Source of the DNA: Macrostomum lignano
Taxonomy: Eukaryota
Assembly: GCA_002269645.1 (NCBI GenBank)
Contig: NIVC01002108.1
Location: 96,242-160,241 of the forward strand
Length of the DNA: 64,000 bases
Direction of reading: 5' to 3'
Shown here in pieces: positions 23,170-35,678 of the stretch. Under the pieces are notes generated by a model. That model was not told the origin of the DNA, made no database searches, and saw nothing but the letters and a program-made list of their open reading frames with translations. Position 1 is the first letter of the stretch. Every line of letters starts with the position of its first letter. The position numbers were made by a program, and so were the translations under genes.

Positions 23170-26100
23170 CAGGATGGAGCTGCCAGATAATCTGAACTTT
23201 GGCGAATTTAAACAACGACTTTCTGAACGCTTTACGTATGTGGCTGACACGCTGGAGTACCGTGAGCAGTTCCGGTCCTGCCAGCAAGGCAAGAACGCGA
23301 GAGCGTTGACGACTACTGCTATCGACTAATTTCTCTGGCTGATCGAGCATCCCGCACTTCACGCCAGCCCAGAAGCAGGCTGATCTGGTGGACCAGTTCA
23401 CCGTGGGAGTCCGGGTTGCCCAATCAGCAAGAGAGCAGCTAATCCCTATTCCTGGTGCGTCCGCAGAATCTTACCGCAGCGAGACGGGCTGTCCTGCGCC
23501 TTGAGACAGCAGCTAGCCTGGCTCAACGAGTAGCGCTGCCAGCACGACATGTCCGGGTTCTCGAGGATGACGATATTCAGTCACCAACTGGAGTGCAACA
23601 CAAGTCAACTCGGCCCGAGAAAAGTTGGTTGCGTGAGGTGATGGAACGCCAAACCGAGACTCTTCAAGAGCAGCGCCGAATTCTGGAAGCCCTGAGCAAC
23701 GAGTTGCCAGAGTTCCACTCGCTGGGATCGCGCAATAGCGACACCCACGAGCCGTGGGAACCGACTCGCCATCAGCCGCGGGATTCCTGGGCCCAGCGCA
23801 ACCGATGTCTGACGCCCCCGGTTCCTTGCCGCAACGCTGACGAAAGCACCCAAGTCACGAAATCTGGCACCAGACATGTGCAGCATCGCCAGTTCCATCG
23901 ACTTCAGCAACGAGAGATGGCAGCAATCCGCCACCAAGGACACCGCCCGCAGGAGATCAACGAAGCCAGAAGCAGCAGCAGCAGCAGCAACCGCAGAGTT
24001 CGCGTACGCCGTCCTATCAGCTACGGCGGCAGAACGCGATGTGCTACAGGTGTAAACAGTGAGCACCAGCGTGCCGACGAGTGCCCGCACCGACGGACCG
24101 CCAGCACCGCGTCCCAGCGCAACAGCAGTTCGGGAAACGGAGTACACGTCGTCGGATGCAGCGCCGTCCAGCAGCAGAGCCAGCACTAAAGTCCCCGGCC
24201 AGGACCTTAGTCGCTCAGCAGGTCACTGCTGAGACCGCCTCCGCACCTGTACAGACGTCTGCACTCAAGCGCCCTCGAAAAGATCCGTTTCTAACTGGTG
24301 AAGTTCAGGGACGCTATTTAATTGAAATTGACCCTGAAGCACGGCAACTCTCTAGATCTCGCAACCGGGATGCTGTTCTTCAAGAACGGCACTGCCGCCC
24401 CACTTCGCTACACGCGAGCTGAATGTCTGGAGGAGGCTCAAAGATAAGCCGCGGACGAAGACCAAAGTAAGCAGCCAGCAGCGACACCCTGCTCAGTGGC
24501 GCCGAAGGTCCACGACAGCAGCCACTCAGGCTCTCCACCAAGTCAGAAGACGCCTGCCCGCCGAAAGAGACGGAGACCGCCGGCTAAGAAAGAGTTCAAC
24601 GAAGAGGCGACGCCGCCAGCAACCCCGACAGCCGACAGCAAGCCGCTGACAGAGCTGCATCAGCCGAGGTCACCAGCCCGCCGTTACCGTGACTCTCAAG
24701 TGTCGCCAACCCGGTTCAGTAGCCCGACACGTTGCCCTACAAGAGCCGCCGCCTACTAGCTGGAGACTACAAGGACAGCGACCACAGTGCAGCCCTAGAC
24801 GACAGCTGCCAACCCGTTCGCACTGCTAAGTTCAAGAAGAAAGTGAGGTTCAGCAGCGACGCTGACAGCTCCTGTTCCTGTTGCAGGTGCTGCAGTCGGT
24901 GCCATCGCTCTGTCATCGCCATGGTGATCGATCTACTCGAAAGCGATCAACCGAAGCCACCGCTCAATCAGCGACTGAATATGACGAGAGACGAGCAAAA
25001 TCTCCTAGCATTCTACGACCAGCTCGAAGTCCGAGACGATAGTCTGCTAGTAGTACACCTAGACGACGCCGACGACGAAGGAACAGCGCGGATCGTCCTG
25101 CCGAAAAAGAAGTTGAAGATGAAGATGACGATGAAGAAGAAGCTGGACAAGACGCGACGAACATGGCACGCCACCTACGCACCTGCAAGGACTGCTGACG
25201 AGAGACCCCGAAGACTGCCCATGCCACACGGCGACAAAAGGGAAGAAGAAGAAGAAGAAGACGCTGCGGAGAACCGGGGGGGGGGAGAGAGGCCCTCGAA
25301 CATAGTGTAAAAACTATGTTTCGTGGGCAAACCTTCCCCTATCAGAGTGGCTCTGGACCGACCACCCAGAGCACCTCCCTAAACAATATCAAGGTCAAAA
25401 ACCCGAGGGAATTTTTCCATTCGGGTAATCCACGCCTACCGGCGACAAAAGGATGACAAGACAAGACAAGTCCTGCCGAAAAGTCTCGACGCCACAGTGT
25501 TCGCCGATCTCTATGGATCGCCGTACTGCGGACACATGGGCCGAGATCTCACCACAGCTAAAGTGCGCGAACGGTTCTGGCGACCTGCCCTAGCTAAAAC
25601 AGTGTCCGACTATGTCGCTTCCTGCCATTCACCCAGAGCAAAGGACGGCGACGAATTCCGGCGCATACACAATCGTTTCCGGTCTGCGAAATCTGTGGGC
25701 GATGTGCGATCGACATCCTAGGCCCCACTGAAGATCCAGACAGACCGAGGCAACAAGTACATCCCGACCTACGTCGACACGACGTCGAAATATCCCTTCG
25801 CCTTCGCCATGAATAATCAGCGGGCCAAGACTATTATAACTCTACTGCAGGGACAAAGTGTTCCGATCACTGGAATCCCAGCATGGATCCACTCTGATCA
25901 AGGGAAAGTACACAGGGCACGTGTTCCGTCATTTCTTCGAATTCCATGGCATCCGACAAACTACGAAACCGCCCTGGGCTAATAGACAAGCCGAGTTGTG
26001 CAACAAGAACATTAAGAAGGTTCTCACTTGTCTCCTGGAAGATTATCAACAATGGGACAAGATGCTGCCAGCCGCTTTGACAGCCCTGAGATCAGCAGTC

Positions 26101-26560
26101 AATCGTACAACAGGATTCTCGCCGCACTACATCGTCTGACAGAGTGTGCCCTATCGGTACCCGAACGATAACACCTGGCCTAGACCGACTGGACGTAGCT
26201 GCCGACCTCCCGGAGAAAATCGCCAAACATCAGCGAAGAACTGGCCGAGACGGAGGGGATTGTACGACTACGATTACGAGCAGAGATCCAGCGCCGAGAA
26301 GATTCTTTCAAGAACGGCAGCCCGGCGACCTTGTCTGCCTAGCCAACCTGCAGCTCGAACTGGGAGAGCTGCCAAAGTTCTATCGGCCGGCCGTATAAGA
26401 GCATGTACAAGGTCATTAAGAAAGTTGGAGAAGTGGCGTACTGGATTAAGCTCAGATGATGGCTGACAGGGCCGATGCTGCCCTGAGTCCAGCGAAGACA
26501 TGCAGCGATATGGAGCCAGCCGAGCAGCCCGCTCCGGAACAGCCTGTTCGAGCCGAGCCT
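23170..26560 (+). mobile_element. Degenerate Ty3/gypsy LTR retrotransposon internal region (gag remnant plus integrase)
   Basis: Gag-like LNFGEFKQRLSERFTYVADTLEYREQF (about 23190), frameshifted CCHC knuckle CYRCKQ/EHQRADECP (24042-24087), pre-integrase QLEVRDDSLL, H2C2 zinc finger YCGHMGRDLTTAKVRERFWRP...YVASC, rve core AIDILGP/YVDTTSKYPFA/IHSDQG/AELCNKNIKK and WDKMLPAAL...TTGFSP. Many frameshifts and stops. No LTRs identified. Confidence 0.85.
25095..25482 (+). mobile_element. 375-bp insertion flanked by 13-bp direct repeats with a (GACAA)3 tail
   Basis: GTCCTGCCGAAAA occurs at 25095-25107 and 25470-25482. Removing one copy plus the intervening DNA restores EGTARIVLPKSLDATVFADLYGSPYCGHMG. 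The insert ends in GACAAGACAAGACAA. Confidence 0.7.
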
Positions 26561-26854
26561 GAGGCACCCGGAAGTTCTGTCCGAAGGAGACCCGGATCTG
26601 CCCGAGATCGGAGGCGAGATTGAAATCTGAAATCTTAATTGTAATTAACCGAGAGATTAAATTTGAGCCTTAGAAACCAACTGGTAATTTTGCGCGCGTT
26701 ATTATTAGTAGTCGTATTTGCGAATTGCGTCCGATTTTACTTTGCTGTTATTGTAAGATTTCTCCTAACGTGTTGAAAGCAGCGTTTCAGTTTTTCTAAT
26801 GTGACCTTATGCTCGAGAGTCGAGGGTAAAACCAGTCTATATACTAATTTTGCG

Positions 26855-28052
<1,198 letters not shown>

Positions 28053-28079
28053 TTAATTATGGCAATTTAACTGCCATAA

Positions 28080-28380
28080 TTTGACTGCCACAAAATGACT
28101 GCGGACAAAATGACTGCGGACAAAATGACTGCGGACAAAATGACTGCGGACAAAATGACTGCGGACAAAATGACTGCGGACAAAATGACTGCGGACAAAA
28201 TGACTGCGGACAAAATGACTGCGGACAAAATGACTGCGGACAAAATGACTGCCAACAAAATGACGACTGCGGACAAAATGACTGCGGACAAAATGACTGC
28301 GGACAAAATGACTGCGGACAAAATGACTGCGGACAAAATGACTGCGGACAAAATGACTGCGGACAAAATGACTGCTAGAA
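28080..28380 (+). repeat. 15-bp array AAAATGACTGCGGAC
   Basis: Directly visible, about 19 units. Confidence 0.92.
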
Positions 28381-28768
28381 AAATGACGCTCCTAAAGTTT
28401 AGCACGTTGTCACCCTTTTTTAGTCTACATGTATGTGTCTTTCAGTGAAATACTGTATTTAGAATGATGTAGAACAGAATACAATACCAGGTTTATAATA
28501 CAAGACCACAGTTCTAAGGTAAAAGTTTTTGTTTCTTGTAAAATACCTTAATTTCCAAAGAATCTTGAAGTCGTGCACAAGAATTTGAATCTGAGGTAGC
28601 TACTCTTAACCGCGGTTGCGAGTAGTTAAATACGTGTGAGCAGTAAATTGAAATTGCAGAAACCTATTTTTTTAACTAATCAGACTTATGGTGAAACTTC
28701 TGGAAAGCTTAAACGCTGTTGTACGAAAGGCCTGAAGGACATATTTTAGTTTTTAGCGGGGTTCAAAT

Positions 28769-29017
28769 CAGTGGCGTAGCCAGGAATTTCAATTAAGGGG
28801 GGGGGGTGGCTTGGCTGGCCATGCCACCTCATTTTGGCGCCGCAGGCACTCATTTTGGCGCCGCAGGCACTCATTTTGGCGCCGCAGGCACTCATTTTGG
28901 CGCCGCAGGCACTCATTTTAGCGCCGCAGGCACTCAATTGCCTCATGGTTTTTGGTACCCCACCCCCCCCCACCCAGGCGATTAGGGGTGGCCGCGGCCC
29001 CCCCGGCTACGCCACTG
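28769..29017. mobile_element. hAT-type MITE
   Basis: 13-bp TIRs CAGTGGCGTAGCC / GGCTACGCCACTG, perfect 8-bp TSD GTTCAAAT (28761-28768 and 29018-29025), and about five internal 21-bp repeats ATTTTGGCGCCGCAGGCACTC. Confidence 0.9.
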
Positions 29018-29171
29018 GTTCAAATAAATGAGGTGTAAAGGCGGTACGGTACTTTGGTTTACTTTTGCTCAATTTTTCAGTATGGAAAGTCATGCCAGGC
29101 TTGAGTAAATGCAATGGCGGGTGCTTTTTATTTATAGCAGACAATTCCACAGAAAATTATAGCTCGTAGAG

Positions 29172-30226
29172 AAATTGTGGCAGTCAAATTGCTCAGCAGT
29201 CAAATTGTGGCAGTCAAATTGCTCAGCAGTCAAATTGTGGCAGTCAAATTGCTCAGCAGTCAAATTGTGGCAGTCAATTTGCTCAGCAGTCAAATTGTGG
29301 CAGTCAAATTGCTCATCAGTCAAATTGTGGCAGTCAAATTGCTCAGCAGTCAAATTGCTCAGCAGTCAAATTGTGGCAGTCAAATTGCTCAGCAGTCAAA
29401 TTGTGGCAGTCAAATTGCTCAGCAGTCAAATTGTGGCAGTCAATTTGCTCAGCAGTCAAATTGTGGCAGTCAAATTGCTCATCAGTCAAATTGTGGCAGT
29501 CAAATTGCTCAGCAGTCAAATTGTGACAGTCAAATTGCTCAGCAGTGAAATTGCTCAGCAGTCAAATTGCTCAGCAGTCAAATTGCGGCAGTCAAATTGC
29601 TCAGCAGTCAAATTGTGGCAGTCAAATTGCTCAGCAGTCAAATTGCTCAGCAGTCAAATTGTGGCAGTCAAATTGCTCAGCAGTCAAATTGCTCAGCAGT
29701 CAAATTGCTCAGCAGTGAAATTGCTCAGCAGTCAAATTGCTCAGCAGTCAAATTGCGGCAGTCAAATTGCTCAGCAGTCAAGTTGTGGCAGTCAAATTGC
29801 TCAGCAATCAAATTGCGGCAGTCAAATTGCTCAGCAGTCAAATTGTGGCAGTCAAATTGCTCAGCAGTCAAATTGTGGCAGTCAAATTGCTCAGCAGTCA
29901 AATTGTGGCAGTCAAATTGCTCAGCAGTCAAATTGCTCAGCAGTCAAATTGCTCAGCAATCAAATTGCGGCAGTCAAATTGCTCAGCAGTCAAATTGTGG
30001 CAGTCAAATTGCTCAGCAGTCAAATTGCTCAGCAGTCAAATTGCTCAGCAGTCAAATTGCTCAGCAGTCAAATTGCTCAGCAATCAAATTGCGGCAGTCA
30101 AATTGCTCAGCAGTCAAATTGTGGCAGTCAAATTGCTCAGCAGTCAAACTGCTCAGCAGTCAAATTGCTCAGCAGTCAAATTGTGGCAGTCAAAAATTGT
30201 CGGCAGTCTTTTTGTCCGCAGTCATG
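29172..30226 (+). repeat. 14/16-bp array GCAGTCAAATTGTG / GCAGTCAAATTGCTCA, inverted relative to 28080-28380
   Basis: Directly visible. Ends in TTTTGTCCGCAGTCAT, the reverse complement of the 15-bp unit. Confidence 0.9.
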
Positions 30227-31267
30227 CTCATTTTTGCGCTTCATATTTATCCTTATGCTTTGCTTCCTTGCTTTGCTTCATATTTATCCTTATGCGCGGT
30301 AAAGCATGCACTTTAGCGTTCTCATATTTATCCTCTGCCTTATGGAAGACCTTTTGTTCGATTGCTTCGCGAAAACCCCCTGAACTCTGACTCAGAACAC
30401 TTTCTCTGCACACGGTCAAAGTGCTGAAAGTCTCTCTCCCCTTTTTCCCTATGCTTTAGGCAAAATGAAATTTTATTTGAGAACCTTCTCAGTAGCCATT
30501 ACTGGGCTGAGGTATTTCCTTCCAAATTTTGCAATTAACGCTAAAAGTTCAAACTAAACTTTTGCCAGCCGCACTCGGGTCGGGTCAGGCCCCTTTGTTT
30601 AAGCAAGGCCTTGAATTCCCGGTGGGGGCATTTGAGGTGAACTGTGGCCCCAATCTGCGTTTCACTTCGAGCGTGGGAAATTTGCTGTGCGGGCGGCCCG
30701 CAGTTGTTGCCGCCAATCCCCAGTGCCCTTTGCGATTTGTGCCCTTTGTTGTAACTCCCTTATGGAGATCTGCGCTGATTATTTCGGTTATCACAATAAC
30801 TAATAGGAGCCCCAACTCCCTACAGTCAGTTTTCTAACCCTATGTTTATAGGAAATGCTTGGCCCCTTCAACTAACTTACCCCTCCTTTTAAAATCAAAC
30901 TGATACCGCAGCCTCAACCCCAGATAGGAGGCGCCAGACCCCCCCCCCTATCTCGCGGAATTTTATTGCTCCTTGGTTTTCATCCCCCACCCCACCTCCA
31001 TGCGTGCCCCCAGCAGAGTACACGCGGGGTGCTGCATTTCCAACGGTTGGACCTATTTGTCCAACGGTTGGACCGCCTCTGAGTATTTAAAGGTGCAAGC
31101 TGACCAGCTCGTGATTTTTCCCACAGCACAGCCTTCGTCAATTACTTCTCATCAGCTGCGTTAAATCTTGTATTTTTTGCCCTCCTATTTAGCCACCCCT
31201 GTTAATATTTTTCCTATTGCTTATTCTTTGCTTGATCTTAGTTTATTGCTTGCCTGCCTGCATCGAC

Positions 31268-32143
31268 ATGGACGACACTCCTATGGAAGAGAAGCCGCCG
31301 CTGGTGCCGACACCACCGCGGGCCCCGTGGCTCCGACCGGCCGAAGCTCTGACGGCAGCCGCAAACACTGCCACCGAAGCCAACCCTGCGCTAGCTCGTG
31401 CCCACCTGACAGCGGCCCTCGATGAAGCCTATTATCAAGCCGCCCGAAAGGGCCGGATGCAAGTCGACGGGCCCTGGCGGGCCATGTGCCGCCGGATGGG
31501 ACCTGACCTAACGCGGGACGTTCTCGGCAGCCTACTACAACGAGCCGAGAATTGTGTGCAGCAGTGGGGACGGCCGCGACCGGCCCTGGCGTTATTTGTG
31601 ACCCTGGCCTACTGGGAGGCCGGCCATCTACGGACCGGATGGATGCCCCGTCTCCGTGCTTTCTGGGACACGGCACTGGAGAAGAGGCCAGAGCGGCTAT
31701 ATGTCAGCCACGACGGCCAGTCAGTCGACATCCTAGGCTGGCCCCCGGGATCGGACGCTGCCAGAGAAGCCCCGGCCGCCCCGGCTCAGCTACTGGTGGA
31801 GCTCCTACTGTGGGAGTTGCGCGATTTGACCAACCTCGACCAGGTGAGCGACTGCCGCCACTGGAGCCGCCTCGCCAGTCGATACGGCCCCCATGCTGCC
31901 GTGCTGGCAGTCGACGTCGCCGCCGACATCCTTGGCGACCATCTCCGGGTAGAAACCAACGGCCCCCAGATAGGCCTCGCCTGCAGCATGCTTGGAATCG
32001 CCGTTGACCACGTCGCCGCCTGCGGGCAGGCCCCTCTGCTGACGCTGGAGCAGATGCTCAGAAGTGCCCGCGTGGCCAGCTCAGCGAAGGCCCGAGGCGG
32101 CAGCCGGGCCCGACGCGGAGGAAGTGCCACCGGCCAACAATGA
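31268..32143 (+). CDS. Orphan GC-rich ORF, 291 aa, function unknown (possibly TE- or virus-derived)
   Basis: Uninterrupted non-repetitive ORF from ATG 31268 (the track's 31217 start is TTG). TATTTAAA at 31084, candidate 3'UTR intron 32170-32234 (GTAAGC...TTTTCTATCTGCAG), AATAAA at 32750 and 32785. No domain recognised. Confidence 0.55.
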   Translation: MDDTPMEEKPPLVPTPPRAPWLRPAEALTAAANTATEANPALARAHLTAALDEAYYQAARKGRMQVDGPWRAMCRRMGPDLTRDVLGSLLQRAENCVQQWGRPRPALALFVTLAYWEAGHLRTGWMPRLRAFWDTALEKRPERLYVSHDGQSVDILGWPPGSDAAREAPAAPAQLLVELLLWELRDLTNLDQVSDCRHWSRLASRYGPHAAVLAVDVAADILGDHLRVETNGPQIGLACSMLGIAVDHVAACGQAPLLTLEQMLRSARVASSAKARGGSRARRGGSATGQQ

Positions 32144-33853
32144 CAAGAGGACCCGGCACCCAGAGAAGTGTAAGCCGAGACAGGCATTTTAACTACCACT
32201 CGTGTTCTTTTCGTTTGAACTTTTCTATCTGCAGGTTCGGCCGAATTCCACCACCTTGAAGTGCACCCGATGATGAAAATTTCGGTCATCTTCCCTTCCC
32301 TTTCCTGATTTTGGTTTTCAGCGTTTTGGTCCTTCGCCATCCCCTCTTTTTGGCCCTTTTGCTTTTGTTATTCTTCTTCTTTTGTTGTGTCTTCTGGCCG
32401 TGACCGTGTGTGTGTAGGGCTTGCGTGGCCCATAGCCGGAACCCCTCTATGTGCCCACCGTGTAAACGCCTTTTTCATTGCATGAATTTTCTGTATGACC
32501 GGTAGTACACCAGCGCATTACATGTACTTCGACTTGGTTTTACCTCGTTATTTGACCATTTTCCCTGACTCATTAATCTGCTATTTATACATGTACTTGC
32601 TTAACTTGTAACTTTCCGGTGACTTATTTGCTCTCAGCTCTTTAAAACCTTAGCCTCAACCGCACTGCGGCTCTGCATGCAGGCTTCATCCCCGTGCGTT
32701 TGGTCATCGCCGAACTTAATCATTGTCTGGTATTGATATTCAGCAGAACAATAAACCGAATCAAGTAATATTTATTATTTGATCAATAAACCAGTAGCAT
32801 TTATCTTGAATATTTTGCCCGTGGGGCGTAAAACAACCAATTTCTCAACTCCAAACGAGCTCTGAGAAGCTAATGCAATTGTCTGTAATACGTTAATTAC
32901 GGTGGTGGCAGCATACGCTACTCTTAGTAAGCACTAACGCAAATCGACGTACATTGAACTCGGGTGACAGAGAACCTGAACGACTGTGCCAAATTTACGA
33001 CCGCTCGATCACGACAGGAGTAACCTCCCCCCCGGAATTGAGGACCCCGGCAGACGGAGAAACCCGGCGGATTTTCACGAGGTTTAACTGCGCGATTTTC
33101 GTCCGGCATTATCGTGCGAACTCAGGCAGGGGGCGTCGCCATATGGATTTTATGGCGGGAGGACAAAACCAAGAATTTAACATGTTACATGGTACATGAC
33201 TAAATTCAACATTTCCATTATTGTGAGAATCGTGTTGTCAACGCTCATTCTACATTAGCGCCGCAGGTACACATTTTGAAGCCGCAGGCACCAGCGGTGT
33301 CGGAACGTATGATGAGGACGCACTTTTTCCCAAATCCCGCGCTAGCACATGGGCTCTAAACTTACTTGCCTACTAACAGTGGGCAATGGGCATTTTTATC
33401 CTTTTTCTGCGAATTTTCATAGAATCTATACTAGATATAATGTCTGGCCATACTAGTAGTCATAATAACATAGGCGCAGTTTTTTGGGTCATAAATCATC
33501 GCTTTCAAAGTTGGTCTGACAGCCACCTGCGCCTCACTCAGTGTTGAAGCGGGCGCCAGATGGTCTGAGAGGATGCGGGCGGTAGCTTTTTTCTCATCAT
33601 TTTGACAGGCCATCAAGATTTATGAGGTCAGAGCCTATTGTTCGTGTTCACTCAAGCGTGTGACAGCTTTGACAGCCATGCGTTTTACCCCTAAAAGTAC
33701 CTTGGGATTAGCGATTAGCAATTTCTCTTCATTATCTTCACTTTCTATTTAATAAGAGCTTTCTAATGTTTATTTTTTCATTAATTTCTGTCAATCCTAC
33801 GCAAAAGGTCATAAATCATTTTGTTGCGATTTTGAGTGATTTATGGCCGCACC

Positions 33854-34525
33854 TGTCATCTTTTTACGACCCTGTGGGAACTGATAGGATCTCTCGGTCA
33901 CGTGATTCTGGGTAGCAACAAGCTTAGCCAATCAGAAAATTCGGCGCTCATTTTAACAAAACGGCTCAGCCAATCAGAATCGACGTGTTCCATTATAACA
34001 AACTGCGGTCCAGTTGGCGGCTATTTAAACCGGAGTTTTTGGCCCGCTCGGACTCAACTTTGGCTCGGGCCCAGCGCGCAACTTCTGGTTCCCGGAGCAC
34101 GACCGTCGTTTCTTGATCCCCGGATTGCGACTTCCCCCCATCATCATCAAGGACGAGTCCCCCGGTCATCAGCAGCGAACATCAAGTTAAGAGCATCACC
34201 TGCTAGCTAACAGCGAAGATTGTGACAGCATCATCCCGAGTCTACTACAGCTGCAGAGCATCGAGCCGATTCGGTCACTGTGGATTACCTGGTCTCCGGC
34301 TGTTGAGTTTCTGATTGGTTGGGTGAGAGGCTACCTAGACTTGCTTGATTGGGCGACCCCTTATCTGTCCCCTGTTGCAGTAGCTGAATTAGGTGCACAC
34401 TTTTGCTCATTTTGTTCAGTAGTGCTGTTGCTGAGGCAGAAATCATTCAATAATACTGCTAGTAGCCGAAGACTCCAATTCAATCTGAAGTGTGAAGTGA
34501 ACTAAGGAGAAGGTTAAATCTCACA
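33854..34525 (+). promoter_or_regulatory. LTR-like or promoter-like segment (2x AGCCAATCAG plus TATTTAAA)
   Basis: AGCCAATCAG at 33926 and 33968, TATTTAAA at 34022, possible TG...CA ends (33854, 34525) but no matching TSD. Confidence 0.3.
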
Positions 34526-35678
34526 GTTATTTTTATCGGTTTTGTTTCTTTGTTCGCCGATGGCTCAGATGAGTAGCTAAGCTAGTAGGCGCCGGTCACA
34601 GTGGACCAATGGCAAGGCAGTTCTCAGTCGACCAATCTATCAAATCAGTGAGCAAAACTGCCAGAAGTGCAGAATCGGCGCCAGAGATGTACTTTGTGCA
34701 CTCTAGGGTAGCCAAGCGGCTCGGGTAAATGAATCATGCGGTCTCTGAAGTTCGAGTTAGTCTATCATCAGCGCTATGAGAGGCTAGTTGGCGCGTTGAA
34801 GGCCAAAAGTACATATCTTCGTATTTAGCAATGTAATAGTACATGTAGCTACCCCATAGACTCGCCACCGCAAGAATCCCCTGCACAAGTCCCCTCTGTA
34901 CCTGCATGGCCAATGCGATCTAGTCCCAGCAGTGTCCCTTATCATCGGCTATGACTTCGAGATTGACAGCAAAAAGACACTAGTTGGCAGGTAAGTGCAA
35001 AGCCCCTTCTAGTCGGAAGCCCGATTTCGAGAGTCCCGGTGTGGTGAGCCAGGGCGCACGGGCTGGTGGCAGCAAGTTGGTTGATCTGCGGATTAGCTAA
35101 TTTCTACTTTCAAAATTCTCCCTGCTCGTCTCTCGCTGTCCCTCTCTTAGCTATAGGACCTAGACTGCTCGCCACACGATCAAGCTACCATGGGGCTGAC
35201 CATCTGACAGGAGTGGGGGGCCAGGTCTCTAATTGATTTATTTCTGAGCCTGAGGCCCGAAGGCTTCCCTAACAAGGAGCCCGAAGGTCGAAACCCATCA
35301 CGTATTTCAAAGTAGGGGGGCTGCACATTGAACATATTTTTATCTTTAAGGGCACCTGTGACAACCAGGCCAAAATTCAATTCTGTGTTGGAAGTACATG
35401 TATAGCCCAAAGTCTGAAAATGCTAGAATTTTCAACAAATTCAGACATTGCGCAACGTCGTCTGTACTGCACTATCAATTTATTTAGTGAATGAAAATTG
35501 GAAGGGCAAGACCAGTTAATTTTCTGGATCTCTTGAATTGTCTCTTTATTCTTTTAGCTGACGGCATTTTAGTGATTTTGGTTGCAGCGCCAGCAGTGGT
35601 AATTAAGTCTTGGGATTGCGGCAGACTCGGAATTTTAATAACAGCTAAACGCCAAAGTAAAAGGGCTAAATACTAAAA

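Noticed and set aside
23455-24189. 244-aa ORF as an independent gene
   Set aside because: It is contiguous with gag-like sequence and ends in a frameshifted zinc knuckle, so it is part of the gypsy relic.
34561-34600. TGGCTCAGATG resembling a tRNA/SINE A-box
   Set aside because: No B-box at a suitable distance and no cloverleaf.
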